From assembly GCA_903813345.2 (NCBI GenBank), contig CAIIXF020000001.1, positions 14,260,001 through 14,324,000 of the forward strand: DNA of 64,000 bases. Reading direction: 5' to 3'. Position numbers and translations under genes: made by a program. This DNA comes from Owenia fusiformis (Eukaryota). Shown here in pieces: positions 1 to 14,009 of the stretch. Position 1 is the first letter of the stretch; every line of letters begins with the position of its first letter. Under the pieces are notes generated by a model. It did not search any database and had not been told where the DNA came from. It saw only the letters and a list, made by a program, of their open reading frames with translations.

Positions 1-139
1 ACTTTAAGGACCCTATATGCAGAAGGTACTTGTATGCAATATATGCATGCAGTGTGGAGTTGCTATATTTGGTACTTAGTTATATTCTTTACAGTCTCAA
101 TACACAAGTAATGTACAGTTACTAGTTTAGTTTAAAAAT

Positions 140-1780
140 ATTTTATTTCTGTGTCACACTGGTTAACTAAAATATTACAAGTAAAATACATGTGTTAAAA
201 AACCCAACAGCCGACATCGGCTTATGAGACACCACATAAATATACAAAGATAATCAATAGAAAAATATAGCATTGGTATGTCGAATAATATCACAGAGGA
301 TGTAAAGTAAGTTTGCAGAGTGTGAACAATTCATAGACAATATGACTAGAGTTAAATAACATACAATATAAACATGTGATTTCAAGATGCAATAAATGAG
401 AATACAGTAATTATGACTTTGGTTGATAACATTGCACATATTTAATTTCACAAACGTTTGAAGTTAAATAAACATTTTGAGAACATTTTAAATAAGGTAC
501 TTTAACTTTGGCTTCCTGATACAACATGTCTCTTAATTCTGTATAATGTGAACATTTAACACGAAAATATAATTCATCTTCAACTTCATTTGAGTCACAC
601 AATTTACACTTCCTTTCTAATAAAGGTGTGTTATTATACCTTTGTGTCTCAACATTAAGTTGAAGGGACCCAGTTCTAAAGCTAGCTAGAGTTTTTCTAT
701 GATGTCTTGGCATGTAAATGTTATTATAATGTTCAGTTACTACTCCGTACTTGAACTGTCTATATGTCCTCAGTTTATTACTATTGACTAGGTTATGTTG
801 ATCATTCCAAATATTTGTAAGAAATGGATCAGTTTGTTGAAAATAATCACTCATTTTTCTCATGAAGGGTTTACATGGGGTTTGTGTCCCTAAATGTTGT
901 TCAAGGCCTGCTAGTTGTATTATGTGCTGTGTTCTGGAATCCCAGCTTGAGTGTCTTTTTAGAGACCATTTGTAGATCTTATGGTTCAATCTGTTGGGGT
1001 TCATGTTTCTGAGTCTAATAAGGTGGCGTACACATTCAATTTTCTGTTTGTCCTTTGCTTGTGTCCAACCTAAATCCCCTCTTACTGCTTCATTGCTGGT
1101 CTTTGTCCCAACTCCCAGGAAAATCTTTCCAGCTCTATTTTGCACTTTGTTAATACAGCTATGTTTTGACAGCCTAACAATTGAGGATCCATAGTTAATA
1201 ATAGGCTGAACCATGGTGTCATACAATTTGTTATACACTGAGAGATCCATTCCACATAACTGTTTATACTCAGAGATTATAACTCCAAGGGCACACTTTG
1301 CTAATTTGGCTATTTCTTTTGCAGTTTTATTGTAATTGATATGTTTATCTAGCCATATACATATAGGTATTTATAGGTGCTAGCATATGATAATTTCATG
1401 TTGCCACAGTTGAATTGATGATTACTACGGGGTTTTGAAGGTGGGCGATAATGTACTATTTTGGACATTCTCTGGTTGATTTTCATTCTCCACTTCCTGC
1501 ACCGTGTATTTACAGTGTCAATCACTCTCTGAAGGTCTTCTGCAGAGCTGGCTATGAGGGCTATGTCGTCAGCATATAAAAGTATTGAGACATTAGTGTT
1601 GTCTGTATTGATCCCACAGTTCAGTTGTTTTACTTCTGCAGCTAGGGCATTCACATAGATCGCAAATATTGTCAGAGATAATAGACAGCCTTCCTTCGAA
1701 ACCTTGCTGATGGTAAACCAGGGTGTTAAATATCCATTGACACGAATGGCTCCAGATACATCCTGATATAATGATTTAAT
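140..1780 (-). mobile_element. Degenerate 5'-truncated non-LTR retrotransposon (LINE, RT C-terminal half plus 3' UTR)
   Basis: ORFs 1349-1654 (LLYADDIAL, YKYL) and 411-1250 (KLRTYRQFK...ERKCKLCDSNEVEDE) are consecutive parts of a LINE ORF2 broken by frameshifts; boundaries approximate. Confidence 0.85.
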
Positions 1781-2727
1781 TCATAGCCGTAGGGACCGGG
1801 GGTTCGATGGGTTCGGACGAACCCCCGGTCTTGATTTCCCCCAAAATATATTTGTGGAAAAATTCATTGCAATAACCAGAAAAATATATTCAATTTATAT
1901 GACCAGTAGATAAAAAATAATAAAGTTACACTTCTCTCCAAGTTTGGCAACATTAGGCACGGGGTGGTATTGTTTAATCTTGGGAAGACCCCGGAGCATC
2001 ATGACATTAAGCAAAAAAAAGAAATATCAATTATTTCGCACAATTTATTTTCCAACTTAAAAGGTGCTCCATCTCCGGTGAAATAAACCAACTGTCTACA
2101 TACTGATGAAAACACATTTCCGTCTCCGTCTTGCTTTATTTCAAACAAAAAATTCTTGCTAAGTCGCCGGGGCTGATAAGTCCCCAAGAGCAAATATTAG
2201 ATAATAGAAACATTTTCACCTTCCGTTTATGATCTAATCCGTGGTAATGAACTTGTTGACATTACCACGAAATATAACTGATCATATCAGTAAAAATGGT
2301 GACCTTACCCTGCAGAAATGGAGATAATGTTCCACAGCTATTTCTGAGGGTGATACAACAGCGCCCAGTCTCTAGGGAATTGATTTTACTTTCCAGAGAT
2401 AACAAATCTATACCTGGGCATAGTGTGGTTCTAAAGCCTTAGCGAAGTAACCTCCTTTGCTTACATTTGCCAAACCGTAAATAATTAGTTATTAAAGAGA
2501 CTCTATTGAGACTTCTCTGTGGCATTTTTTCTTTATTCCTTTTTGTTTTGAATTTTTAACACCATAACATTAACTAACTACTCAATATGCAACTTTTCAC
2601 CGCGTAGAATTTTAAAATATTAAGTTTGAAAATTCCATTTTTATAATGGAGCTCAATGGGAAAAACTACATAATTTGAACTATTTTCAAACGTAGCGGCG
2701 CGATTTTGATCAAATTGACAGATATAA

Positions 2728-4171
2728 CTAGAAGATTGCAAGCAATCTTACGGAGGCCCCGTAGGCTTTTTTTGAACATTTAAAGGTCAGCCAAAGGTCA
2801 AATCTTAAATACAAGGACATATATGAACTCCAGGCATCTTGTAGATGATTTTTAAAAAAAAGTTTGGTCAATTTGAAGCAATGTGAAATTTGACCTTGAA
2901 AAATTTCAACATTAGACCTTTTTCAGTTTTTGAGGTCCAATATCCCAAAACTGGTGCAGAATTTTAATAGATAATCAATTGTTATTATGTGTAAAACCTT
3001 TAGAGGAATATATATCCTGACTTTAATTCAAAAATATTGATTTGTAGTCACAAACTTTGAGAAACTTAGAAAACACAGTTTGTGATCTTGTTTGATGACC
3101 TTGACCTTTGACCTTACAGGTTTTACTTTTTTAGACCTCAGTATATCTTTTCTGATTGAAGAAACCTAAATTTGAATCCAGAAAATCAATTTGAAAAATT
3201 AACTTTTTTGACATTTGAAGGTCACTGAAGGTCAACTAAAGGTCATAGTTCAAAACTAAGGTCAGATTTGAGTTCCTGAGATCTTGTAGATGCTTTTTAA
3301 AAAAAAGTTTGGTCAATTTAGAGCAAGTTGAAATTTGACTTTGAAAAATTTTGAAATTTGACATTTTTTCAGTTTTTGAGTTCTAATATCTCAAAACTGG
3401 AGCAAAATTTTAATAAATAGTCAATTGCTAATATGTGTAGAACCTTTAGAGGAATATATATTCTGACTTTCAGTAAAAAAAATTGATTTGTAGTCTCCAA
3501 TTTTGAGAAACTTAGAAAACACATTTTGTGATTTCGTTTGATGACCTTGACCTTTGACCTTGCAAATTTTACTTTTTTAGACCTCAGAAGATCTTTTGTG
3601 AATAAATATACCTAAATTTGAATCCAGAAAATCGATTTGAAAAATCAACTTTTTTGACCTTTCTGGGGTCACTGGAGGTCAACCAAAGGTCAAAGGTCAA
3701 AAGTAAGGTCAGATTTGGAATCCTGAGAACTTGTAGATGAGTTTTAAAAAAAAATTTGGTCAATTTGAAGCAAGTTGAAAAAAGACCTTTTTTGACCTTT
3801 TTTTGACCTTCAATATCTCAAAATCTAGGCAAAATTTCTCTAGACGGCAAAAGGCTAAGACTAAAAGAATACTAATATCTATCTGTGTGCAAAAATTCAG
3901 CCAAAAATATTTAAGTGTAGTGTCAGGATTTGAGAAACTTGAAAAAAACTTAGATTTGACCTAGATTTTGACCTTTGACCTTGACCTAGATAAAAATTCC
4001 TTTCCCGCCAAGTTCAGCCCAGGTCCCTAGTAGGACTATGTAGTACCTAGTTGAAAGGTAGTTGGAAGTAGGAGAAAAAGAGGGAGGAAGAATAAATAAT
4101 AAAGAATAAAGAATAATAAAGAATAATAATATCTACAAAATTGATAGGAGGCCCCCCGATGGGGCCTCCTA
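2728..4171 (+). mobile_element. Helentron-associated (HINE/DINE-1/pearl-like) non-autonomous element with internal ~445-bp tandem units
   Basis: Starts AACTAG...GGAGGCCCC; internal tgacct/aggtca-rich units (ggtcaattt.gagcaa at ~2866, 3311, 3757); AATAA-type microsatellite ~4090-4130; terminal palindrome ATAGGAGGCCCCCCGATGGGGCCTCCTAAT. Confidence 0.65.
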
Positions 4172-4324
4172 ATAAATATTGGCAAGACAAAATGTTTGAT
4201 GGAAAATGAAGAAAATTCACCGTCCTGGTTACGCAAACTATAGAAAAATCTGAAATAATCATAAAAACCTGTAAAAATAGATTGAAGGGGGTGATATTCA
4301 TTTTTAATGTGCCTTTCACTACTA

Positions 4325-5241
4325 CAGGGTAACCATAATTTTGGTACTGATTTGATTTTTCAATGAAAATCATTTCTATAGTGTATAGTCAGTTTAAATA
4401 ATACAATTGGTATATTTCTTTACTGAACAGTGCAATCATTTATTTATTTATCAACAGTAATGCAAACTACATATTATACAGTTAGTAAAATATTAAAATA
4501 ATTATATTAAAATTAAAGCATTGCCAGTGTGTTGACAGCTGGCAAAAAATGAAGAATTTGAAGAAAAATAGCCACCCAAAGACACTTACACCTGCTAATT
4601 GCCACTTTGCAAAGAGTTTATTCAAGCAGGAAAACTATTTGGAAAAACGTAATTTCGGGTTGAACATGGTACCCACCACTCTGGTTACCTTAGCAACCAT
4701 CTCTCAAGAACCAATCAAAATTGAGGTCCCAAAGGACCTTATACACCCTCCATTGGGATCTCCCCATGAGAAAAAATAATTCATCTGATTTTTCAAAATG
4801 AGTATTCTGCTTTAATTATTACATTTATATGCACACTAGTATCTTGTTGACCTATATTCAGCACTGTATTGATGTATAGGCCACTTATTAGGGTCATAAT
4901 TCAATCATGAAGTGTAGAGGCATATGATTCCAAACCAGGAAGTATTTTTGTGTCTGTCAAAATCCATTTGCATCCTACGCATCCCTACATCTTATCCAAA
5001 TATGTTACTACATAATGAAATAAAATAGTATATTCTTTGGTTTTACAAAGTTGTATGATTTTTGATAAGTGTAAAAGTTGTTTTTGGAGCATTTTTCTAT
5101 AGCCATTTTGTAGGGAAAAAATGATGAAAAAATGATGAAAAAATGTACAATCTTTTAATTTTAAGTATGACCTGAATCGATTGCAAACTTCATATTTGCA
5201 AATTTGATGAGATAAACCATTAGTCATTTAGGGTTACCCAG
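4325..5241. mobile_element. Non-autonomous TIR element, Tc1/mariner-like
   Basis: ta|CAGGGTAACCATAA ... TTAGGGTTACCCAG|ta imperfect inverted ends flanked by TA; no coding capacity. Confidence 0.45.
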
Positions 5242-6108
5242 TAGTTTACAAGCTGACCTTTGCAAAATATATTTCACTTACTATCCTCATTCGCTATCAC
5301 GCTATCTAGTTTCTTTCCAAATTGGCCTGGATTGCCTGGTTTATTGGTTTTAGCGAACCGTCCATTTCGTCGAACCATCATTTTGCTAAGGTTGTTTGTG
5401 ATGAATATACAATATTCAGTTACATATAACTGTACAGCAACTTTATGCAAGGGAAGGTAATTGTGTGAGAGCACATAAAGTACATGAAGTATTGACCCAC
5501 TTGTCTCAGTGAATCTTATAAACAGTGCATAAAGTTTTTTCTATGCAATGATTGGCTCACAGTTACTTATAGTGTAAGTTATTTTATTTCTATACAGTGT
5601 AGAATAGAGGGTATAAACTTTTACAGTTTCAAGCAGGTTTTAGTGTTTTCTGACCAATGATATATTCAGACTTATTCATTTCACGATTATGTAATACTGA
5701 CCTACATATCTGTATAACATATCTTTAAGTACAGATTATTTTTTATTTCCATTTCAAAGAAAGAACAAATAGGTCTTTTCAGCACTAGGAGTTTTTTGTT
5801 GCAAGGCATTGAAATTTAAAAGAAATGCTTAATTTTAGCGCTTACGGAGCGCATGAGGTTGAGCACTCTTCTATTAAAAAATGAAATAAAAATCTTTTGA
5901 TTTTGGAATCTTTTCAAAGAATTCAATTAGTACTAATCTTAGTATTAAAGTGTGGGAATTACATGTTTCAGAATTTGACATATCTTTGAATGCCTTGAAC
6001 CCTAAAGAATGAATTAGGAATGAGGATTTCAAAACAAAATAGCTCGTTAAAAATATGTTCCTTAAAGATATGTTAGGATTTGCCCTTAACAAAAGTTAGC
6101 TCAATGTA

Positions 6109-8017
6109 TTTTTTTTTTTTTATTATTATTATTATTAAATTTATTTCAATAGAATACAAAAAATGTAAATACAGACATGTAAATTCTTAAATCGCCACAA
6201 TGGCATTATATAAGAATAGGGGGCAGGTGGAAGTAGAAGTGGCAGAGCAGGCAGGGTCTTGGACTAGGGCAAGTGTGACGGGACTTGAGGATACTAGAGA
6301 TGGATAAGAAGGAGGGAATTAGCTATTGTCTTTGATAAAATTAACAATGAGAAGTAGTATTTGGGAATTTGCATCTATGTTTAATTTGGGAATTCCTGTT
6401 TTCAAAATAGCTATGAAATCAGTTTGAGAGAGCTTATGACTGAAGATGTTTGGTTCGAGATCAGTGAGTTTGTCCATGAATTGCTGTCTTTGTATAGTAA
6501 GTAAGTCACATTGAAAGAGAAAATGTTTCAGAGTTTGTGGTTTTCCACAAGTGCAATTAGGGCTGTCAATAGACTGAAAGTTGTGAGCGTAGAACTGGGC
6601 TTTGAAGTATAGGTCAGCTCTCACTTTATTGAGAACTATTTCTTGAACCCTTGTTAGATTAAGCTGGCTTGTTGACAAAATCGAGGGCGTTTTTTGGAAA
6701 TGTACTCTTTGGTGTTTTTTAAAATTCGAAAGAGTATTCTTAGATTTAATAGCAGGTGGAAGATTGATCCAATTTGAAATTGCAGCTGGTATTGCTGAGG
6801 TGGAGAATCTATTTGAGCATCTAATGGGCATTTTAAATGCTTCATTATATCTCAATACTCTGTTTGCATGGTTTCTAAATTTGTCAAAAATATCAGTTAC
6901 ATAGGGAGGACTTGTACCATTTACAATTTTGAACATAAAGTTGTTAATCTGGATACTGCGTCTTGATTCAAGAGTTGGCCAATTGAGTAGGTTTAAAACC
7001 TTTTTTGAACTGCTCCCTTGGATACACCCAGAACAATAAAGTGCAGCTTTATAATAAAGACTGTCGAGTCGTTGTAATAGGAACTTTGAGGCTGTGCTGT
7101 ACATGATAGCACCATAGTCAAAATGGGGTAAAATAAAGGACTTAAATATGGTTTCTAGATGCTTACTACCTAACTTATATTTAAGTTTCTTTAAAGGGTT
7201 CAACATTTTTCGTATTTTTGATATGATTTCTCCAATATGCTTGTCATATGATAAGCTTGGGTCAAAAGTAAATCCCAGATGTTTGTGCTCGTGATCTCTG
7301 GTAATTTCAACATTGTTTAACTTTGAAACAGAAACATTATCGACTTTAGATCTGGATGAGTGGAATATCATTTCAGAACTCTTTTCAGGTTTAAACTCCA
7401 ATTTCCAGGTGTCAGACCATTTTTCAATTTTAATTAGGTTAGATCTGGCTATTGCATCTACTTCTTGTGGATGCTTAGGGTCAAAAGGATGATGTAGAGA
7501 AGTGTCATCCGCATAAATATAGCAATGCCCCTCCAGATTGTCTGGAAGGTCATTAATGTATAGGAGAAATAATATTGGCCCAAGTATTGAGCCCTGGGGG
7601 ACACCACAATTGATAAAGTCATTTTCAGAATAATTTGAAAGTTCCCCAGATATCTGTACAGCAATTTTTCTGTTAGTAAGGTAAGATTTGATAATTTTTT
7701 GAATTTGCCCTTGGAAGCCATATGCTGAAAGTTTATGAAGTAGTAGCTTATGTGGTACTCTGTCAAATGCAGCCGCTATATCTAGAAAAATTGTTTTGGA
7801 AGCTTTTCCTTGTTCAAATGTGCTCTGAAGAAAATGTTCAATCGATAAAAGTTGATGAATAGTACTATGACCTGGTAAGAATCCGGACTGATGTTTGAAA
7901 AGAAGATTATTGTCAATTAAATGCTTCCTGATTCGATCAGCTAAAACTTTTTCAAATACTTTAGAGATACAGCTTAAAAGAGTGATAGGTCTATAATTGT
8001 TGATGTTTGATTTGTCA
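6109..8017 (-). mobile_element. 5'-truncated CR1/L2-group LINE, near-identical to the copy at 51878-55033
   Basis: RT motifs ([16 protein letters not shown]), C-terminal CTCG...HFLFQC, (TAA)n/polyA tail at ~6109-6136; I counted only about six substitutions versus the 51878-53774 segment. Confidence 0.95.
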
Positions 8018-8030
8018 CATTTGATTTGTC

Positions 8031-9156
8031 ACAAGCTTCGACACATTGATTTGTCTTACAATAAAATGAACAAAATGCCCATTACTATGTTCAGTAAGTC
8101 GAATGCTCTAATAACAATTAACCTAAGTGGCAACAATCTTAAACAGTTGAACATTGACGTCGAAGAAGCAATAAACTTGGAAAAATTGGACATATCAAAT
8201 AATCAATTTTAAAACTTTGCCAACAAATGTTCAAAATATTATTGACCGTTCAAATAAAGTCTCAAATGTAACATTGCAAGTTGGCCTAAAAGGAAACCCA
8301 CTTGTATGTGGGTGTAATTCGTTCGATATCATAGCCTGGATGAAAGACCACAGCAAGAACATAATGCAATGGGACAAATTAGAATGTACATATTTTAATG
8401 ATTCCAAAGTTAAAATGCATGCCATCCATTTGGATGGATTGAAATTTTCATGCTGGAAATCTGTCATATTGGCAGGGGTGATACCCTCTGGAATCATGCT
8501 ATTGTTTGTATGTGTAGTGATTCTTACATACTGGAAAAGATACAAACTGCACTACTTGTACTTACAGCTACGAGCTGCATTGAAGCGACACGACAAAGAA
8601 AACGATGCATTTGATTTTGATGCATTCATCAGCTACAGTTCACTTGATAAAACATGGGGCCAGGAAACATTGTATGCAACTCTAGTAGGCAATCATCACT
8701 ACAAAATATGTATTGATGATCGAAACTTCCGACCAGGGGCTTTTATCTCCAGCATCATAGTTGATGCTATCAACAGAAGCAACAAAGTCATTCTCATCAT
8801 ATCACAGAACTTTCTCCGTAGCAAGTGGTACACTTATGAACTAAACATCGCAAGAGGAGAACTGGCAAATAGGGGGCGTGATTGCATAATCCTCATTCAA
8901 GGAGCCAATTAATGTCCTTCCAAAAGAATTAATCACCCCTACATTGCAATCACTTCTAGACACACGGGTGTACCTGGAGTGGAGTGATAATGCAGACAGA
9001 CAAGCTTTGTTTTGGAGGAAGCTATGTGATGCCCTAGGTGATCCTGGACCACAAAATGAGGAGCAGGGAGGCAGTGAATATACAATGCTTCAGAATGAAG
9101 AGGATGAACAACTGGTACAAGACTTTTTAAGAGAAAACAGACCACTATTGGAATGA
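8031..9156 (+). pseudogene. Toll-like receptor pseudogene (last LRRs, LRRCT, TM, TIR), tandem paralog of the intact TLR
   Basis: Colinear with 16311-17436; +1 frameshift/stop at ~8210 (ttttaaaact vs ttccaaact), 2-nt deletion at ~8897 (attcaagg vs attctgaagg), 5' half missing and joined to a LINE. Confidence 0.93.
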
Positions 9157-9239
9157 CATTTCAAAATGCAAGAAATGGTATAAATACATGAAAGTGATGA
9201 AACATGTATATTTTCGAACTACTGTACATGAAAATCAAA

Positions 9240-9796
9240 AACATGTACAGGTAATTGTGTTATGGAATACTCAGACTGCTAAATATTTATCAACTTATTC
9301 AAGAACATGTATTAGTAATTGTTATCGGAACAGAGAGACTGCTTCACATTAATTAACTTATTCAAGAACATGTATTGGTAATTGTTTATAAGGGCCATGC
9401 CATTCGACCGAAATTGGTCTGAACCGCGAACCTTTGCTTGAATACTGGTATTCGGAACTTTCATATCATGTTCCGAAGGGATTCGGAACAAACATCTGAA
9501 CCTTACCTACTATTGGCTTTGAATTGTTAATATCTCAGTCCAGTGTTTACCTGGTAATGTTTCCTTCATTTATCAACTTATTCAAGAACATGTATTGGTA
9601 ATTGTTTATGGAATACCCAGACTGCTAAATATTTATCAACTTTTTCAAGAACATGATTTGGTAATTGTATGAAATACAATGACTGCTACATAGTTATTAC
9701 CTTATTCAGGAACATGTATTGGTAATTGTTTATGGAATTAAGAGACTGCTTTACATATATCAACTTATTCAAGAAAATGTCTTGGTAACTGTTTAT
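9240..9796. repeat. ~63-bp minisatellite downstream of TLR pseudogene, first part
   Basis: Unit aagaacatgtattggtaattgtttatggaatacagagactgctacacatttatcaacttattc; interrupted by unrelated sequence ~9390-9565. Confidence 0.85.
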
Positions 9797-12195
9797 ATAT
9801 TTATTTATTTTTATTTATTTATTTGGAAAACGCTTTTTTGAGCAGCGGCACTCAATCGGTGCATCCAATACATCATATATAAAATATAAATGGGATAAAA
9901 CATATCATGCAAAAGGCCACTAAAAACATGCATGTGACTATTGTGTGCACTGTACATGTATTTTCTTTAAAAACAATTTGACATATTTGTCAAACTTCAC
10001 GTAATTATCATGTCCCCACAAGATTAAAGTTTCATCTCCCAGAGCCCAACATGTTTTTAGTTGTACACTTCCTGCTAGAAAGTCAGAGGAGAGTTGGTGG
10101 TTGCAATTTGACACAACATTATTGAAAAATACATTCCTATCACTACCAAAGTAGGGACAGACAAAAAGTCTATGCTGTATAGTATCTTTAACATTGAGGT
10201 TACAAAAGAGACATATACCATTGCCTTGACCCCATCTTTGAAGGTCGGAGCGAAGGCCAAAACATCCCGTTCTGGCCATGAATTTAAGTTTATGACCATA
10301 GAAATCAAAGTCTGAGTTCATATAATTTTCCTTAGAGAGATTACTTTTCAAACATTTGTAAAGATTTAGGGATGACTTCTCCCCTATTGAAGAGAAGAAG
10401 GCTACATGGCTTAAATCATTTGAGATCTGGATGTATGTTTTATACCAGTTATCATCCTGCCTTTGAAGGATGCCATCCAGACCATGTTTTATCAGGATCT
10501 CCTGAATATTGGCAAAATAGGGGAAAGCTTTGCCTTCCTGACCATTTATGTATTTGTTGTACAATGTGTTGAAGATAGCTTTGTGAACTGACCCTTCTTT
10601 AATAGAGTGCTTTAAATATAAAAAATAATCGATTTGACGTTTTTCAATGACATCTAGAATAGGTCTTAATCCTAAATCTCCTAACAATGCCTCTCTTGCA
10701 GGGCGGCATCTAAGCTGGAGAATGGCTCTTGCTACATTGTACTGCATTGATTTGAATTTTTTGCAAGTTGTCTTATTCAGAATCAAGGTGGAACATCCAT
10801 GTAATAAGGCTGGCAAAAACATTGTATCATGCATTTTAATTCCGAATTTGACTCGCATAACATTGCAATGCTTGGTTAAGGTTGAACTTATCATTCCTTG
10901 TACTCTTTTTGATTTAGAGCTTAACATATTATTTATGTGGAAAGAATCCTTCATGGACCTGTCAATATGTATACCCAAATATTTATAGTTCTGAACTTCG
11001 GAAATATGAGTCCCCCAAAATCCAAGTTTTTTGCTTATCTAGACGTTTTCCTACTATCATAACTTTTGATTTTTTTAAGCTAAATTTAAATCCCCATTTG
11101 ATTGAGAAATTATCTGCAATTTTTAACATTTTGTTTAAACCCTCTTCATTGTCAGCAAGTAGTACAATGTCATCAGCAAACATTAGAGCTGGGATTTTTT
11201 GCCCCTCGAAAGGAATGCCTGTTGATTCTTCTTGGAGCATTTCAACTAGTTCTGACATTACAAGGGAGAATAGGGTCGGGGAAAGACAGCAGCCTTGCTT
11301 TAGGCTATTAATGGAACTACTTTCTTCCCAATTAGTTGAAATTGATCCAAATATAACTTTATTTTGAACACCATTGTATAGTTGCCGTAGGAGTCTCCAC
11401 ACTTTACCCTGAATCCCTTTCTCCCATAATCGAATGAATAATAAGTCCCTATTTACAACATCGAATGCCTTGGATATGTCCAAAAATGCTAGAAATGTCT
11501 TCCCATTGTTACTTTTACGCATACTGCAGAGGCCCTTTAAAGCAAACAAATGGTTTTCCAATCTTAGCCCTGACCGAAATGCACCTTGCAGATCCCCAAG
11601 TAGATTGTTATCTTCACAGAACTTAATGATTCTTGTTTCAATTACAGAGGTAAACAGTTTATATACATTTGAATTGATAGTTATTCCTCTATAATTGTCC
11701 AAAACTTCCTTATCTCCATTTTTATGAATTGGGAACAGGAGACCCTCTTTCCATTCTGAGGGCATTTCCTCTCGTAATTTGACAAGATGAAAAAGATCAT
11801 GGAGTGAATTTACTAATAAAGGCCCCCCCTGTTTGAGAAATTCATTAGGACTTTGGTCAGTTCCGCAAGCTTTGCCATTGCTCAAGCCTTGAATAAGTAC
11901 CTGTATGTCACTAGGATTGAAACATACTTCGAACAGGGCATTATCGGAGAATTGTGATGATGAAGCTAGATCGTTAAGTTTTATAGAATAGTCGATTTTG
12001 GCAGAATTCATGTTAACATTGTTGACCCCTACATTTCTCCAGTATCCGGCAATTATATCAGAGACTTGTTTAGGATCAGTAATGATATTATTTGGGTCAT
12101 TGGGATCTTTTATTTGTATTGGGTGGTCTGCTTTGGTGTTGAACATTTTTAAGGTCTTCCAAAATGACTTAGAATTAGATTTCTTATATTTCTTA
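9797..12195 (-). mobile_element. 5'-truncated LINE (RT domain plus C-terminus) inserted in the minisatellite
   Basis: ORFs 10983-12320 (NYRGITI, FLDISKAFD, LKQGCCLSP, LMFADDIV) and 9938-10978 joined by one frameshift at ~10985; (TAAA)n tail ~9797-9825; the N-terminus of the listed ORF is minisatellite read-through. Confidence 0.92.
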
Positions 12196-12822
12196 TTATA
12201 AAACAGAGACTGCAACACATTTATCAACTTATTCAAGAATATGATTTGGTAATTGTATAGCATACAAAGATTGCTACATTTTATCAACTTACCCAAGAAC
12301 ATGTATTGGTAATTGTTCATGTAATACAGAGACTGCTACACATTTATCAACTTATTTACTTATATTCAGGAACATGTATTAGTAATTGTTTATGTAATAC
12401 AGAGACTGCTACACATTTATCGACTTATTCAAGAATATGATTTGGTAATTGTATAGCATACAAAGACTGCTACATTTTATCAACTTACCCAAGAACATGT
12501 ATTGGTAATTGTTTATGGAATACAGAGACTGCTACATATTTATCAACTTATTTACTTATTCAAGAACATGTATTAGTAATTGTTTATGTAATACAGAGAC
12601 TGCTACACATTTATCGACTTATTCAAGAATATGATTTGGTAATTGTATAGCATACAAAGACTGCTACATTTTATCAACTTACCCAAGAACATGTATTGGT
12701 AATTGTTTATGTAATACAGAGACTGCAACATATTTATTTACTTATTCAAGAACATGTATTGGTAATTGTTCATGGAATACAAAGACTGTTACATATTCAT
12801 CAACTTATTCAAGAACATGTAA
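12196..12822. repeat. ~63-bp minisatellite, continuation after the LINE
   Basis: About ten further units of the same monomer, with a higher-order alternation of variants. Confidence 0.9.
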
Positions 12823-13153
12823 TGTTTTTAAAATTTGTATTATGGGATACCCATAAGACCAATTGAAAATACCTGAAAACACAAAATTTGCAGATCATTG
12901 ATGCAGAAAATTTGAATCTCAAGCAAGATTTGAACACCTGACACTTATAGTTCCCATCAGTAATATATAAGTAATAATTTAAACAAGGAATTCAAAAACA
13001 TGTGAACATTCCTGATTGCATCACTTGATGTATGGAGCTGAAGCAAATGTATAAAATCATACAAATGTATTTTTTTCTGACTGACTCAACACCTTTCCAT
13101 TTCCTTATGGGTAGTACCATGATATACCAGTATGAGGTCATAATGACCTATAT

Positions 13154-13452
13154 CAGTGGCGTAGCGTAGGTATTTTGTGAGTGTACGCCGCGAGTAAGTG
13201 AAATATACATGCTTTGAGGGAGGTTCGGGGGAGGTCCCCCCAAGAACAAAAAGAAAGTGAAAAATAAAATAAGATAGCATTTGAAGCGTTCTGGGGCGTT
13301 TGAAATACGAAATTCCGACTATTATGGACGAATAGAATGTAAATTATTAGCCATTTTTGAAGTGTGGGGCAAATCAATATAAAAAATTAACTGTTTTCTA
13401 AATTTTGAGAGTACGCCATGGCGTTTTATGCGTATATGACGCTACGCCATTG
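13154..13452. mobile_element. MITE with CAGTGGCGTAGC TIRs and apparent 5-bp TSD
   Basis: tatat|CAGTGGCGTAGCGT...ACGCTACGCCATTG|tatat; absent from the paralogous site at ~19655. Confidence 0.85.
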
Positions 13453-14009
13453 TATATACTATGACAATATGCATACAGCAATAAATAAGTGATGAAGTAT
13501 TCCTTAATCATGGTCATTTATTGGCTAAAATTCTGAGTCAATTGGGATTATGACAAAAATCGTAAAATAACACACATAAAAATGGCCACTATTTTCAAAA
13601 TGGTCGCTCATTGGCCATATTGTCATAAGAAAATGGTTGCCAACTAAACAAAGTGTCATAAGACAGTGTGCCTTGCTCATGAGTATTCACATAACATACA
13701 GGTTTCATATCCCATACACTCCTGGAAACAATGAAACAATTAGCCAGGCTTGTGAGTGGTAAGTTGTGTAATATCCCCCAATCAATAGAAACATTCATAT
13801 CTACTGAAATTTTATGACTGACAGTACAAAGTTACAATTAGATTAATTTTATCTCCATTTCAATTGCCCTTCCTTCACATGACATGTGTTGGTTGGGGCT
13901 TGCATGTTTTCCTCCAGAGATATCCTCGTGGTTTTCCTGAAGGAAGTATTCAGAGAATGTTCATACAATGAAATAGAAAATAGCAACTCCACAGATTAGC
14001 AAATCCAAC

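Noticed and set aside
2300-2345. LWNI-encoding stretch as the missing WLS last exon
   Set aside because: Continues IISISAG-stop, with no GM/YAPS motifs
7997-8912. Functional LINE-TLR chimeric or decoy receptor
   Set aside because: No ATG with signal peptide, a frameshift/stop at ~8210 and a second frameshift before TIR box 3; a pseudogene is the simpler reading without expression data
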